A stretch of 64,000 bases of DNA from Candidatus Latescibacterota bacterium (GTDB lineage: Bacteria; Latescibacterota; UBA2968; GCA-2709665). Shown here piece after piece: positions 1 through 10,144 of the stretch. The notes beneath the pieces were generated by a model that worked only from the letters and a program-made list of their open reading frames with translations, had not been told where the DNA came from and searched no databases. Numbering within the stretch: position 1 is the first letter of the stretch; each line of letters begins with the position of its first letter. The stretch lies in NCBI GenBank assembly GCA_965208835.1, contig OZ242358.1, positions 4,992,001-5,056,000 on the forward strand, given 5' to 3'. Both the position numbers and the translations under genes were made by a program.

Positions 1-2174
1 CCGAACGGGACTTCGGGACCTGCGAGGGTGCCTTCATCCTGCTTCTCGAAGGCCGCGTCCCCGGACAGTGCGATATCGAACCGTTCCGCATTCTCTCCGG
101 CCCAGCCGTGGAAGCTGTAGTCGTGTTCCCCACCCCCGGAAACGCGGAACAGATCGACCGCATAGGACCGCTCGTCGTCCACCGGAACCAGCACCACCGC
201 GCGCCGGTACCGTTTCGCAAGATCCGGATAGGCCCGCTCGGCGGACGCATCGGCCAGGCGCACCCACGGCCCGTCCACGAACAGGTTCGGACTGCCCGTC
301 GCGAACACCTGGTTGGTGCCGTCGATTAACGCGGTGCAATGGCTGGCCGTGTGCGTCTCCCATCCGTCCTTTTTGGGCGCCACCCAGCTAGGCGGATATC
401 CCAGGTCCGCGGACAGATCGTAACCGTACGCGATAATATTCACCGCCAGCTTGTCCATATGCCCGTGACCCCGGTTCCCCTTCCCGTAATTCAGCACCAC
501 GTGCCGGCGGCTGGCCTGCTCGTTTCCCGCGCGCAGGATGCAGAACCCCGAGTCGTGCAGCACGACGCTCCCGGAAGATTGCCCTTCTGCCTTCACCGTC
601 TCTTTCCATGGTTCGCAGTGGAACAGCAGATAGAGGTCGCCGTCCTTCCGTGCGACATCCGGATCACCGCGAGTACCCGTCAGAATCCGGCGCGCGTAAA
701 GGTCCCGCGCCTCCGGCAGGCGCAGGTAACCGATTTCGTCCTCCAGCGAATACGGCGTGCGCAACACGCGGTTCCGCCCGCCGCCCGTGTCCCCGATCAT
801 GGGCACACGCCCGTCGCAGTCCACCGCGCTGGCGAATTCCATCATCTCCCGCAGGCGGAACCTGGGGTCGCGATACAGGTCAACCGGCGATTCAAAGTGG
901 TCTCCATCCTGGAATCCGAGGGTCCATTCGGCCGCATTCAACGCCTCCCGTATGTTGCCCGCGCCGTAGCCGATGGAGTCGTACCAAAACCTCCCGTCCC
1001 GGTAGAAGCTATTGGACATCACGTTGTAGAGACCGGTGGGCGCTTCCAGGGCCTGCCGGATCATCGCCCCATTCTGCATACAGGCCCCGACCTCGAGCAG
1101 ACAGTAGAGTGACGACGTAAGGAAGTCCCCGCCGGCAATCGGCAGCGTCCGGTCCAGAAACTCGTAGGCATATGCGAACAGGTTCCGATTGATGTTAAAT
1201 ATGATATCCCCGGTTGACGCGGGACCGGCGCCGCCGTCACTTGAACGGAAGAAGCCGACGAGTTCCTCGTCCTCCTGAATCGCGTCGAAAACCAGATCGC
1301 TAGTCAGCGCCACGTTGTGCAGGAAGGACTGTTCCCGTCCCGACGCCTCCCCGACGTAGCCCCGGATGGGATCCTTGCTCCGATCGTAGGTCTCGTACCC
1401 CTCCTTGATGCCCTGCAGCCTCCCGTACACGTCGGCCAGGCGGTTCAACAGGATCCCCGCCTTATGTGCGTATTTGCGTTCACCTGTGAAGGCGTACGCA
1501 AGCGCAAGCGCCTGTGAGGCGGGCCGGCCCTGGTGCCCCTCGCCCGTCTGAGGGGCGTAGGGACTGGAAAACAAACGATATAGCAGAAAACATCGGTAGG
1601 CACCCACGAAGTAGTACGTAACGCCGGCGTTCATGAACCCCGGTGGCGCAACCCACCCCTGTCCACCGTCCATCACACGTACCGGCTTTCCCGTGCCCGG
1701 ATTCACGACCTCAATTCCCTGGTACCACCACTCGTCCCCCAGATTGCACCGCCACTGATACGGATGCAGGAGATCACCCTCGAACGTGGACCGGTTGCCG
1801 CCGTGAATCGGACACCCGTCGTACTGGGCCACCGTCAACGCCATGGGATTCTGCGTTGGCACCATCGCATAGAGCGTCTCATCGGAGAACCTCGCCCAGA
1901 AGTCGGCATCCCTTACGATCCGGTCCACCATCTCCCGCGCCCAATCCAACCGTTCCACGTTTCGCCTGGCGCGCTCCAGGTCCTCGCGATTGTAGATGCC
2001 CACCAGACCCTGCCGTTTGCCGTCGCCGATCACCGTTTCGTGGAACCGCGCGGCCCGCTCATAACGGTCCGGTTCGTGATCCGGCAGCGGATCGCGCAGA
2101 TGCAGGTCCTCGTACAGCGCCCGCAGCGCCGATTCATCCTCGACAATCTCCCCCTTCACAGGCATTCTGATCAT
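1..2174 (-). CDS. Heparinase II/III-family polysaccharide lyase (3' end beyond window edge)
   Basis: Not in the ORF track because no stop falls inside the window. Manual translation from ATG 2174 (GGAGG upstream) gives MIRMPVKGEIVEDE...LAYAFTGERKYAHKA...DSGFCILR...NYGKGNRGHGHMDKLAVNIIAYGYDLSADLGYP...HTASHCTALIDG, the heparinase II/III pattern. Confidence 0.8.
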   Translation of the reverse strand, partial: MIRMPVKGEIVEDESALRALYEDLHLRDPLPDHEPDRYERAARFHETVIGDGKRQGLVGIYNREDLERARRNVERLDWAREMVDRIVRDADFWARFSDETLYAMVPTQNPMALTVAQYDGCPIHGGNRSTFEGDLLHPYQWRCNLGDEWWYQGIEVVNPGTGKPVRVMDGGQGWVAPPGFMNAGVTYYFVGAYRCFLLYRLFSSPYAPQTGEGHQGRPASQALALAYAFTGERKYAHKAGILLNRLADVYGRLQGIKEGYETYDRSKDPIRGYVGEASGREQSFLHNVALTSDLVFDAIQEDEELVGFFRSSDGGAGPASTGDIIFNINRNLFAYAYEFLDRTLPIAGGDFLTSSLYCLLEVGACMQNGAMIRQALEAPTGLYNVMSNSFYRDGRFWYDSIGYGAGNIREALNAAEWTLGFQDGDHFESPVDLYRDPRFRLREMMEFASAVDCDGRVPMIGDTGGGRNRVLRTPYSLEDEIGYLRLPEARDLYARRILTGTRGDPDVARKDGDLYLLFHCEPWKETVKAEGQSSGSVVLHDSGFCILRAGNEQASRRHVVLNYGKGNRGHGHMDKLAVNIIAYGYDLSADLGYPPSWVAPKKDGWETHTASHCTALIDGTNQVFATGSPNLFVDGPWVRLADASAERAYPDLAKRYRRAVVLVPVDDERSYAVDLFRVSGGGEHDYSFHGWAGENAERFDIALSGDAAFEKQDEGTLAGPEVPF

Positions 2175-2346
2175 CTCGTCTCCTCCATCCATGCGTCCAG
2201 GAAACCATCGATCCCAAAAGACCCGATGCCTCCGAATATTCCCTTCAAGGTAGAAGAAACCGCTTCGAAATCCAGGAACTTCCCGTTATTTTCTACGAAG
2301 GCAGGGTCATTCAGAAGCAGCCCGGGACCTTTCCTGCCGGCTCATC

Positions 2347-2486
2347 AAGAGCGGGTAGACGTTAGACGGGAGAGGGTAGAGATTACCCGCCTTGCGAGGA
2401 TTCTTCTCGTGCCAGAGGCAAGAAAGATTAAAATATCGGGCAAGGCCTTCTTCTCCCGTCTCACCTCTACCGACTCACCGCTTTTT
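2347..2486 (+). repeat. Hairpin repeat element, copy 1
   Basis: Heptamer arms (gtagacg/gagaggg ... ccgtctc/cctctac) around core gccttgcgaggattcttctcgtgccagaggcaagaaagattaaaatatcgggcaagg; five more copies in window. Confidence 0.85.
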
Positions 2487-2539
2487 GGCATCGTCTCAAC
2501 CCCACCCTTCAAGATATCATCCAGGAGACCGATAAAACG

Positions 2540-3616
2540 ATGACCAAACCCTTGAGACTCGCGGTTGTGGGCGTGGGCCGAATCGGTGTCTTCCACGCCA
2601 TGCACGTCCAGGAACTGGGCGAAGCGGAGGGTGCCTGCAAGCTCGTTGCCGTGGCAGACCGCTACGGGAACACCGCCGAAGACGTCGCCCGCGATCTCCG
2701 GAAAAAGCAGGGGTCCGAAATCCGCGCCTTCAAGAGTACCCGGGACCTGGCGGATGCCGGCCTGATCGACGCGGCCGTTGTGGCCTCGAGGACCGAAGAC
2801 CACGAAGCCGACGCCCGGACACTGATCGACGCGGGCTGCCGCGTCATGCTGGAGAAACCCCTTACCGGTTCGGTCGAGGCCGCTGCCGACTTCGTGAGAT
2901 ACCTGTCGAGGGATAATACGAAAAAGCAAGCCCTGATGCAGGCCTTTATGAGGCGCTTCGACGAGCCGCTGCTCCATGCGAAATCCCTTCTGGACCGGAA
3001 CGCCATCGGCGACCCGTTCAAGGTCGTTTCCGTCCTCGAAGATCCGCATCCGCCGCCGGTGGGCTACAACAGCCCGGGCATCGTGCCGGACATGGCCGTG
3101 CACAACATCGACGAAGCGATCTGGCTTCTGGGCGCGCTTCCGGAACGGGTTGGCGCCATGGGCGCGAACCTGCACAACTTCAGGATTACGACCGTCAAGG
3201 AGGATTTCGACGACGCGCACCTGCACATGACGTTTCCCGAGGACGTTATCGCGCAGGTCCAGGTTAGCCGAAACCACGTGGCGGGATACCGCAACGAAAC
3301 GTGGGTCTACGGCCCGGACGGTCTCATCCACGTGGGTCCCTTCCAGGAGGATCCGTTACGGGTGACAGTGGAAGCGTACTCCCGGGAGGGCGTCATCGAA
3401 AAGAAGGACTTCCGGATGAGAGATTACGGCGGGGAAGTCCCGGTGTTCATCGAGCGGTTCGGACCGTCGTACAAACGGGAGCTCGCGTATTTCGTCGACC
3501 GCTGCCTGAAAGACGAACCCTTCAGCGTGACTCAGGAGGTCGGCCTCAATGCCATGCGCGTTGCCGAGGCCGGTGTCCGGTCGCTGCGCGCCGGCGCAAA
3601 GACCGTTGCCATTTAA
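2540..3616 (+). CDS. Gfo/Idh/MocA oxidoreductase, inositol 2-dehydrogenase-like
   Basis: GVGRIG Rossmann motif, LEKP, RRFD, DMAVHNID. Confidence 0.88.
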   Translation: MTKPLRLAVVGVGRIGVFHAMHVQELGEAEGACKLVAVADRYGNTAEDVARDLRKKQGSEIRAFKSTRDLADAGLIDAAVVASRTEDHEADARTLIDAGCRVMLEKPLTGSVEAAADFVRYLSRDNTKKQALMQAFMRRFDEPLLHAKSLLDRNAIGDPFKVVSVLEDPHPPPVGYNSPGIVPDMAVHNIDEAIWLLGALPERVGAMGANLHNFRITTVKEDFDDAHLHMTFPEDVIAQVQVSRNHVAGYRNETWVYGPDGLIHVGPFQEDPLRVTVEAYSREGVIEKKDFRMRDYGGEVPVFIERFGPSYKRELAYFVDRCLKDEPFSVTQEVGLNAMRVAEAGVRSLRAGAKTVAI

Positions 3617-3702
3617 ACACACCGGGGAGACGCCGGCCCCGAAAACAAAGGCTTATCCGAGGCGCGAAGGACGTCAACGTACCGCGCTGACCCAACCACG
3701 CC

Positions 3703-4761
3703 TTACGAGAGCGGGAAGTCGACCCGGCAGTTCCCTCCGTGGTGCGACTTCAGAATCCCCATCATCACCTCCACCGTCTTGCGAGCTTCCCGCGCGGGCG
3801 AGACCAGGTCGCCGCCTTCCTCGAGTACCCGGATGAGTTCTCCCACTGCCGCCGTCTGATTTTCCATCGCGTATTTCTCTGCCAGAATGGGAGACGTGGA
3901 CGACTCGTAGTGCGACCTGCTCCGGATCAGGGATGCATTCCGATCGGATATCTCGATGCGTCCATCCTCGCACGTCAGCGCGAATTGCGAACCTGGAAAG
4001 TTCATTTTATGGGCATTGTAGAACGCCCGCACGCCGTTGTCGAACCGGATATACGCCGATGCGTACGGATCGACGGCCGGATCTTTCCCGCCGTCCCCCT
4101 TGTACTCGGTGAAATGCTCGAATCCCTCTTCGAGCTCGGCCGCCAGCCAAAGGGGATTGGCCTCGGCGAAGAAGCAGATCATGTCCAGCAGGTGGGTGCC
4201 GTTCCGGAACATCATCGCCCGGCGGCTGAACTGCTCGCACACAACCGTTCGCAGCGGTCCGATCTCTCCGCTTCGAATAATCTCTCGCGCCTCGAGGTAG
4301 CTCGGATTCCACCGCCTGGTGTGCTCGATCGAGAGCAGTACGCCGTTGGCTTCGGCGGCGGCGATCATCCGGTCCGCGTCTTCCAGCGAGGTGGCGATCG
4401 GCTTCTCGCACAGGATGGCGCGCGCGCCGGATTCGGCGGCGGCAACGGTCATATCCGCGTGTACGTGGTCCGACGTCGCCACGCTCACCAGATCCGGCTT
4501 CTCCTTGTCCAGCATCTCCCGGTAATCGGTATAGAGACGCGCATCCGGCCACACGTCTGCCCACTGTGCCTTGAAATCCGCCAGCGCCTCCGCACGGAGG
4601 TCGCAAACGCCCACCACTTCCGTCTGTGGATGCCGATCGTACGCAGCGGCGTGCGAGCCGGGCATCGGGCCGTACACCGGAAGGCGCTCATCTTCCTCGG
4701 GTCTCCTCGCGCCTATGCCGGACAGGCCGATGATTACGGAACGGTATTCGGGTTTCGACAT
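3703..4761 (-). CDS. Gfo/Idh/MocA oxidoreductase
   Basis: IIGLSGIG, CEKPIA, GTHLLD; start moved to ATG 4761 behind AGGAGG. Confidence 0.88.
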   Translation of the reverse strand: MSKPEYRSVIIGLSGIGARRPEEDERLPVYGPMPGSHAAAYDRHPQTEVVGVCDLRAEALADFKAQWADVWPDARLYTDYREMLDKEKPDLVSVATSDHVHADMTVAAAESGARAILCEKPIATSLEDADRMIAAAEANGVLLSIEHTRRWNPSYLEAREIIRSGEIGPLRTVVCEQFSRRAMMFRNGTHLLDMICFFAEANPLWLAAELEEGFEHFTEYKGDGGKDPAVDPYASAYIRFDNGVRAFYNAHKMNFPGSQFALTCEDGRIEISDRNASLIRSRSHYESSTSPILAEKYAMENQTAAVGELIRVLEEGGDLVSPAREARKTVEVMMGILKSHHGGNCRVDFPLS

Positions 4762-4879
4762 GGACGTATCCTCCTGTTCGCTTCCCTCACGGGGAAGAAA
4801 GAGATCATGCTGCCTTAGAAGCTGCTCTTCTCGCCGATTCCCGTAAAGAACCTCCGAAATCTGTCGAATCAAGGACAAT

Positions 4880-5072
4880 CACTCCCCCCTTGAGGGGGAG
4901 TCGCAGAAGCCGAGCCTGTCCCTGAGCCCGCGGTCCTTGTGCTTGTCGAAGGGCTGTTGTATAGCGGGCATTTCGACAAGCTCAATGACCATGCGTTATT
5001 TAGTTTATTGGATGTCATTAAGCCGCTGTTAGGAGACCCACAACCTGCCCTGAGCCTTGTTGTCCCTGAGCT
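4880..5072. repeat. Cluster of short palindromic REP-like repeats (CTCCCCC..GGGGGAG and TGAGCYTGTCGAA types)
   Basis: ctccccccttgagggggag palindrome; cttgtcgaa...ttcgacaag inverted pair; tcattgagcttgtcgaaatgcccgc recurs inverted near 63567. Confidence 0.7.
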
Positions 5073-5134
5073 TACATCATTCGTCTTCTGGTTTTCTCGT
5101 TTGCTCGTCTATTTGTACTCTCGTCTCTTCGCCC

Positions 5135-6832
5135 TTACGCCTGCTGCCACAGTCCATGGAAATCGGCGTACAGCGCGTGTCGCTCAATCAGCTCTTCGTG
5201 GCTGCCGACGTCGATGCCGCCGCCGTCCATCACCAGCGCCCGACGCGCGCGCCGGGCGGCCGCCATGCGGTGTGCGACGACGATCAGGGTGCGGCCAGGG
5301 GCCATGAACGCCCGCTCCGCGCGCTCCTCCGCGGCGGGATCCAGGTGGCAGGTGGCCTCGTCCAACACGACAATCGGCGACGACGCGAGGTGCGAACGCG
5401 CCAGGGTCACCAGCTGACGTTCCCCCTCGGACAGGCCGGATTTCGTAAGGTTGACTTCCGCGTCCAGCCCGCCCAGCCGATTCAACACACGATCGAGACC
5501 CACGGCCCGGGCGGACGCGGCGATCTCCTCTTCGGTTGCGGACGGCCGCAGGTACACCAGGTTCTCGCGCAGCGATCCGGCGAAGACGTACGCCTCCTGG
5601 GGCACCATCGTAATCAGTCGTGGACGGTCCGGACGCAGAAAGCAGGGCTTCCCGCCGACCGTGATCGCGCCGCTGTCCGGACGCAGCACACCTGCCAGAA
5701 GGGCGGCCAAAGTGGACTTGCCGATCCCGCTGGGCCCGACGATGGCCAGATGGTCTCCTGCGCGGAGATCCAGCGAAAATCTCTCGACGATCGGCTCCCC
5801 GGCGCCGTATGCAAACGTCAAGTCGCGTACGGCCAGATCAGTCGGTTCATCCGACGGTGGCGACGCAGTCGGAACAGCTCCGACCAGGTCCTCCGCCTTC
5901 CCGCCAGTTTCCATCAGGCGCGCATGGTGGACCCGCAACGTGACCAGTTTGGACAGACCGTACGTCACGAACGCCGTCGCCGCCGTCAAACCCGCGAGCA
6001 GGTAAGTAAACGACCCGACCACCTCGCCCGCGCTGAGCAGATCGTTGCGAACCAGGTACGGAACGAAGCCCAGCGCCGTCAGGGCGGGAAACGTGGTGGC
6101 GACGGCGTTCACAACTCCGAATCCGACAGCCTGATGCTTGTATTGCCTGAGTGTCGCCCCGACGGACCGGTTGATCCGATCTTCCACGCGGTCCATGGCG
6201 AAGCCCTTCGCGCCTGCCGCCACCAAGTCCCGCACCGACTGGAGCGCGCGCGTCGTTTCGCCGTGGGTATCCTCATCGGCGAGCATGGACGCCGTTTCGT
6301 TGCGGACTTTGGCGCGGACAACCACAACCTGAAGAAACGCAGCCACGATGAGCCAGGGCAAAGCCAGGACCAGAAGCGTCCACGACAACGTCGCGAGCCC
6401 GGCCGCGGATCCGATGGCGAAAAGGCCGCTCGGGCCCAGACGCAGAAAGTGCGCCAGCACCTCTACAAGCGCCGGAACGTGCCGTGTGAGCTCCGCGCCG
6501 GAACGCAGGACCCGGTCCGAATGCACCGCATCTCCCAGTGTGTGCAGAACGGTGTCGCAGGTCAGGTCCACCTGCACCCTCGAAGTGAGTTTCGCCGTCC
6601 AGTGCGAGAGACGCAACAGCGACCAGACGCCGACCGCGCCCGCGGCGAGAAGCCCGCCGATCCACGCCAGGGCCGCTGAAAGGTCGCCCTCGCGCGCCGT
6701 ATCGATGGCGCTGGCGATGAGGCGTCCGGAGAGCGCCGGCGCGAGTGTCACGCCCACGCTGCACACGCCGATACGAAACAGGCATCCGCGGTGCCTCGAC
6801 ACGTAGCCGTATAGCGATCGGATGGGCGTCAC
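5135..6832 (-). CDS. ABC exporter (TMD+NBD), RamB/AmfA-like
   Basis: GPSGIGKST, LSEGERQ, LDEATCHLDPAAEERAERAF, VVAHR; overlaps upstream partner by 4 nt. Confidence 0.85.
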   Translation of the reverse strand: MTPIRSLYGYVSRHRGCLFRIGVCSVGVTLAPALSGRLIASAIDTAREGDLSAALAWIGGLLAAGAVGVWSLLRLSHWTAKLTSRVQVDLTCDTVLHTLGDAVHSDRVLRSGAELTRHVPALVEVLAHFLRLGPSGLFAIGSAAGLATLSWTLLVLALPWLIVAAFLQVVVVRAKVRNETASMLADEDTHGETTRALQSVRDLVAAGAKGFAMDRVEDRINRSVGATLRQYKHQAVGFGVVNAVATTFPALTALGFVPYLVRNDLLSAGEVVGSFTYLLAGLTAATAFVTYGLSKLVTLRVHHARLMETGGKAEDLVGAVPTASPPSDEPTDLAVRDLTFAYGAGEPIVERFSLDLRAGDHLAIVGPSGIGKSTLAALLAGVLRPDSGAITVGGKPCFLRPDRPRLITMVPQEAYVFAGSLRENLVYLRPSATEEEIAASARAVGLDRVLNRLGGLDAEVNLTKSGLSEGERQLVTLARSHLASSPIVVLDEATCHLDPAAEERAERAFMAPGRTLIVVAHRMAAARRARRALVMDGGGIDVGSHEELIERHALYADFHGLWQQA

Positions 6833-8589
6833 GCAGCCACCTCCTCACCCGGGTCGCCCATAAACGCGGCCCGGTAATCGGCGTCCCGCCATAGTTCGGC
6901 GTGAGGCGCAAGGCGCCGGACTTCGCCTTTGTAAAGCCAGGCCACGAGGTCGGCGGCGGCGGCGGTACTCGCCCGGTGGGCAATGACGACAGTCGTCCGC
7001 GACCTCCCAAGCCTCCGCAATGCCGCAAGGACCCGCGCCTCGGTGGCCACGTCCAGACTGCTGAGCGCGTCGTCCAGAATCAGGATGGGCGTAGCCCTGA
7101 GCGCTGCCCGCGCGAGCCCCAGCCGCTGGTGTTCGCCGCCTGACATCGGGGCCTCGTAAAGGGGTGAATCGTAACCCTTCGGCAGACGTTCGATGAACGC
7201 GTTCGCTTCGACCTGCCTCGCGGCCGTCCGGACGGCCTCATCCGTGACTGCAGCGCCCATCGCGATGACGTCGCGAACCGTGTCGCCGACGAGCGCGGGC
7301 CTCTCGAATGCGTAGCCCACCCGGCGAGAGAGTACGTCGCGCGGCAGTTCGCTAACCGGTGTACCGTCGATGCGGACGACGCCCAGATCCGGGTCCTGAA
7401 GCCGGCCGATCAGTCCGGCGAGCGTGGTCTTGCCGACGCCTGATCTGCCAACCAGGGCGACCGTCGTTCCCGCGGGAATAAGGAGGTCCACGCGCCGGAG
7501 GATATCCCTTTCCGGCCCGCCGAGGGTAACGCCTTCGATCCGGACCTCGCCCGGCCCCCCCGGGTCGGATGCGTCCGATCCGGGCTCGGCCACAGCGGGC
7601 GGAGATTGAAGAACGTCGAGTACCCGGGCCGCATGGGCGCGAAAGGTGGCGATCTGGAACCAGCCGTTGTCGAATATACCGGCGACGCTTGCGTAAGTCA
7701 TCTGCGCATAACGTATGGCGGCCAACAGCGCGCCCACGGACAGGCTGCCCGACGCCAACAGAAGCACTCCGGTAACGGCGGTGATGGTCAAAACGACGTG
7801 ATTGGCGCTGGTCACCAACACGGCGCCGCGTCCGAAGTTCTCCATGATTTCGCGCGTCTTGTCGGCCAGTGCCGGCAACGGAATCGTGATGCGCTCGACC
7901 TCCCGTTCGAGGGTACCGGCTGCGCGTATGGTGCGCCTTCCGGAAAGGGCGCCCGTGTAAGCGTTGACCATCCGGCTGTTCAGTTCGTCGAATCCGGTCT
8001 GTCCGGCCGTAAGCGCGCCCCACAGGCGGCGCATGAGTACGGTCACGGCGCCGACGCCCGCGAGCGCAACCGCTACAAACGCCCAGTGTACGTAAAACAG
8101 CGCGGCGAGACTGCCCGCGCCCGTGAAGAACCCCGTGCCGATCCTCAGCAGGGTCTCCGGGTAGCGCGGCAGGTACGTCGCCTCGGAGCGGATCCGGTTC
8201 TGCAGGTCCCCGTCGTCGAACGCCCGCCTGCCGGGAAGGCCGAGGTCCAGCGCATGATCGACCATTCCGCGCGTCAGCCGCCTTTCGATCGGGGCGCGGA
8301 ATCTTGCCCTCACGGGTTCCGCGACGATTTCGATAAACACCGATGCGAGCATTGCGACCGCCAGCCCCTGGAATCCCCAGCCAATTCGCCCATTCACCGC
8401 CTCGTCTATGGCAACAGCCGCAAAAGCCGGCGCGGCCAGACCCGCGCCGATGGAAAACACGCTGAAAACGGCGTCGAGGGCGAACCAGTGCCACGCCCCG
8501 CGGGCGTATGGGCGCAGAAACGCCATTACCTCACGGATATTGGGAAGTTGGGGACAGTCGGATTTGGAAACTTCGTTACGGGCGGTCAC
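6829..8589 (-). CDS. ABC exporter (TMD+NBD), RamA/AmfB-like
   Basis: GRSGVGKTT, MSGGEHQR, ILDDALSSLD (degenerate Walker B), C-terminus ADLVAWL...HAELWRDADYRAAF. Confidence 0.85.
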   Translation of the reverse strand: MTARNEVSKSDCPQLPNIREVMAFLRPYARGAWHWFALDAVFSVFSIGAGLAAPAFAAVAIDEAVNGRIGWGFQGLAVAMLASVFIEIVAEPVRARFRAPIERRLTRGMVDHALDLGLPGRRAFDDGDLQNRIRSEATYLPRYPETLLRIGTGFFTGAGSLAALFYVHWAFVAVALAGVGAVTVLMRRLWGALTAGQTGFDELNSRMVNAYTGALSGRRTIRAAGTLEREVERITIPLPALADKTREIMENFGRGAVLVTSANHVVLTITAVTGVLLLASGSLSVGALLAAIRYAQMTYASVAGIFDNGWFQIATFRAHAARVLDVLQSPPAVAEPGSDASDPGGPGEVRIEGVTLGGPERDILRRVDLLIPAGTTVALVGRSGVGKTTLAGLIGRLQDPDLGVVRIDGTPVSELPRDVLSRRVGYAFERPALVGDTVRDVIAMGAAVTDEAVRTAARQVEANAFIERLPKGYDSPLYEAPMSGGEHQRLGLARAALRATPILILDDALSSLDVATEARVLAALRRLGRSRTTVVIAHRASTAAAADLVAWLYKGEVRRLAPHAELWRDADYRAAFMGDPGEEVAA

Positions 8590-8645
8590 AGACTATACCT
8601 TTCACTTCAACTTTTTCTTCTTTCTTTTTGTTTTTTTTATTTTAC

Positions 8646-8811
8646 GTCCTTTTTCTTATGCGCAGAAAAAGGACCAAAAAGAACCGCGCCCCTCGGCGGG
8701 GGGCCGGTTTTTCCGTGAATCACCTCAGTGACCACAATGAAATTCGGGTGGCCTACAACCCCGTCAGCTGTTCCAATACAACACTGCTGGACGGACTAAC
8801 ACGGAAAAACC
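8646..8811 (-). promoter_or_regulatory. Putative structured leader upstream of the ABC exporter pair
   Basis: Perfect 11-bp inverted repeat 8646-8656/8664-8674; perfect 12-bp inverted repeat 8706-8717/8800-8811 enclosing a further hairpin at 8761-8794. Confidence 0.35.
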
Positions 8812-8844
8812 CCCCACACCACCGGACGCGCCGTATTTACATTT

Positions 8845-8869
8845 GTAGGGGCACCCCTTGTGGGTGCCC
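8845..8869 (+). repeat. GTAG-type REP palindrome
   Basis: gtaggggcaccccttgtgggtgccc: GTAG followed by a gggcaccc/gggtgccc stem. Confidence 0.7.
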
Positions 8870-8977
8870 AGATAATGGCGCAGACATCCGTGAGTCGATA
8901 TCGCCAGACCGTATCGTAGACCTGCTTTAGCTGACGGCTGATAGCTGACAGCTCTTTCCAAGGGGAGAGTTCTGCAT

Positions 8978-10141
8978 TCAATACAAATGAATCGACCCGT
9001 CCGGACCTACATAGCGACGCGGGGGCAGCGCCTGATACGGCCGCGACTTCATCAATTCCATATCCAACTCGACCCCAAGCCCCGGTCGCCGGCCCAGTTC
9101 CTCCACATCCACGCAACCGCCCGAGAGCGGCACTCCCATCGTCTGCACGTCGTCGAACCACGGGCACAGCCGGCAGTGCTCCAGGATCTCGAAATTCTGC
9201 ATCGCGGCCGCCGCGTGCGCAGCAGCAGCCAGAGCAACGGGGCCGTAGGGATTGTGCGGCGCGATCCCGATCCCGTACACCTCCGCGAAATGGGCGATCT
9301 TCATCAGTTCGCTGATCCCGCCGGCGTGGCAGAAATCCACCTGGCACACGTCAACCGCCTGTTTTTCGAACCACTCCCGGCAATCCCACCGCGTGATCCA
9401 CCGCTCGCCCGCGGCAATCCGCATTCCCGGAAAGTCGCGTTTTAACCTCACGTACGGCTCAACCGTACTCTGCTCGATCGGCTCTTCCACGAAAAAGAGG
9501 TCCAGCGGCAGCAATTCCCGCATCAGGCGGTGCGCCGCCCGGGGCGAGAACACGCCGCCGCAGTCGATCATCAGCGCGACGTCCGGCCCCATCGCCTGTC
9601 GCAGCCGGGTCATCTCCCGGACGGCGACGTCCACCTGGGCGTCCATATCGAACGGCGCAACCGCGGGTCCGTGCCCGTGCTTGAACGCATCGAACCCCTC
9701 CTCCAGGGCCTGTGCCGCGTGCGCCTCCAGCGAATCCAGGCCCAGGTCCGCCCGCGCGTAACACCGCACCCTGTCGCGGACCCTTCCGCCCAGCAACCTG
9801 AATACGGGCTGTCCGGTGGCCTTGCCCACAACATCCCACAGCGCCATGTCGATTCCGCTCACCGCGCTCGTATGAACGACGCCCCGCTTCCACCAGAAGT
9901 CCCGGTACCCCAGCTGCCAGACGTGCTCCACGTCCATTGGATTCATACCCTGCAGCCTGGGTTTCAGGGACGTCTCCACCTGCGCCGCCACGGCCATTTC
10001 GTGGTGCTCCGTTGTGGCCTCGCCGATCCCGGTGATGCCGGCATCCGTCTCCACCTCCACGAATACCCAGTTCCGTCTGGGTGTCCGCCCGTCCGCCGCG
10101 GGCACGTTCATGACGTGCGCCCTGATGTCGGCGATCTTCAT
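8978..10141 (-). CDS. Mandelate racemase/enolase superfamily, galactonate dehydratase-like
   Basis: RNWVFVEVETDAGITGIGEA, SGIDMALWD, FVEEP, AAGER, APHNPYGP. Confidence 0.88.
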   Translation of the reverse strand: MKIADIRAHVMNVPAADGRTPRRNWVFVEVETDAGITGIGEATTEHHEMAVAAQVETSLKPRLQGMNPMDVEHVWQLGYRDFWWKRGVVHTSAVSGIDMALWDVVGKATGQPVFRLLGGRVRDRVRCYARADLGLDSLEAHAAQALEEGFDAFKHGHGPAVAPFDMDAQVDVAVREMTRLRQAMGPDVALMIDCGGVFSPRAAHRLMRELLPLDLFFVEEPIEQSTVEPYVRLKRDFPGMRIAAGERWITRWDCREWFEKQAVDVCQVDFCHAGGISELMKIAHFAEVYGIGIAPHNPYGPVALAAAAHAAAAMQNFEILEHCRLCPWFDDVQTMGVPLSGGCVDVEELGRRPGLGVELDMELMKSRPYQALPPRRYVGPDGSIHLY

Positions 10142-10144
10142 CCC

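Noticed and set aside
4866-5018. Ser/Thr/Cys-rich ~50-codon minus-strand ORF as a lanthipeptide precursor
   Set aside because: It consists mostly of REP-like repeat sequence, has no RBS or leader motif, and no synthetase is nearby.
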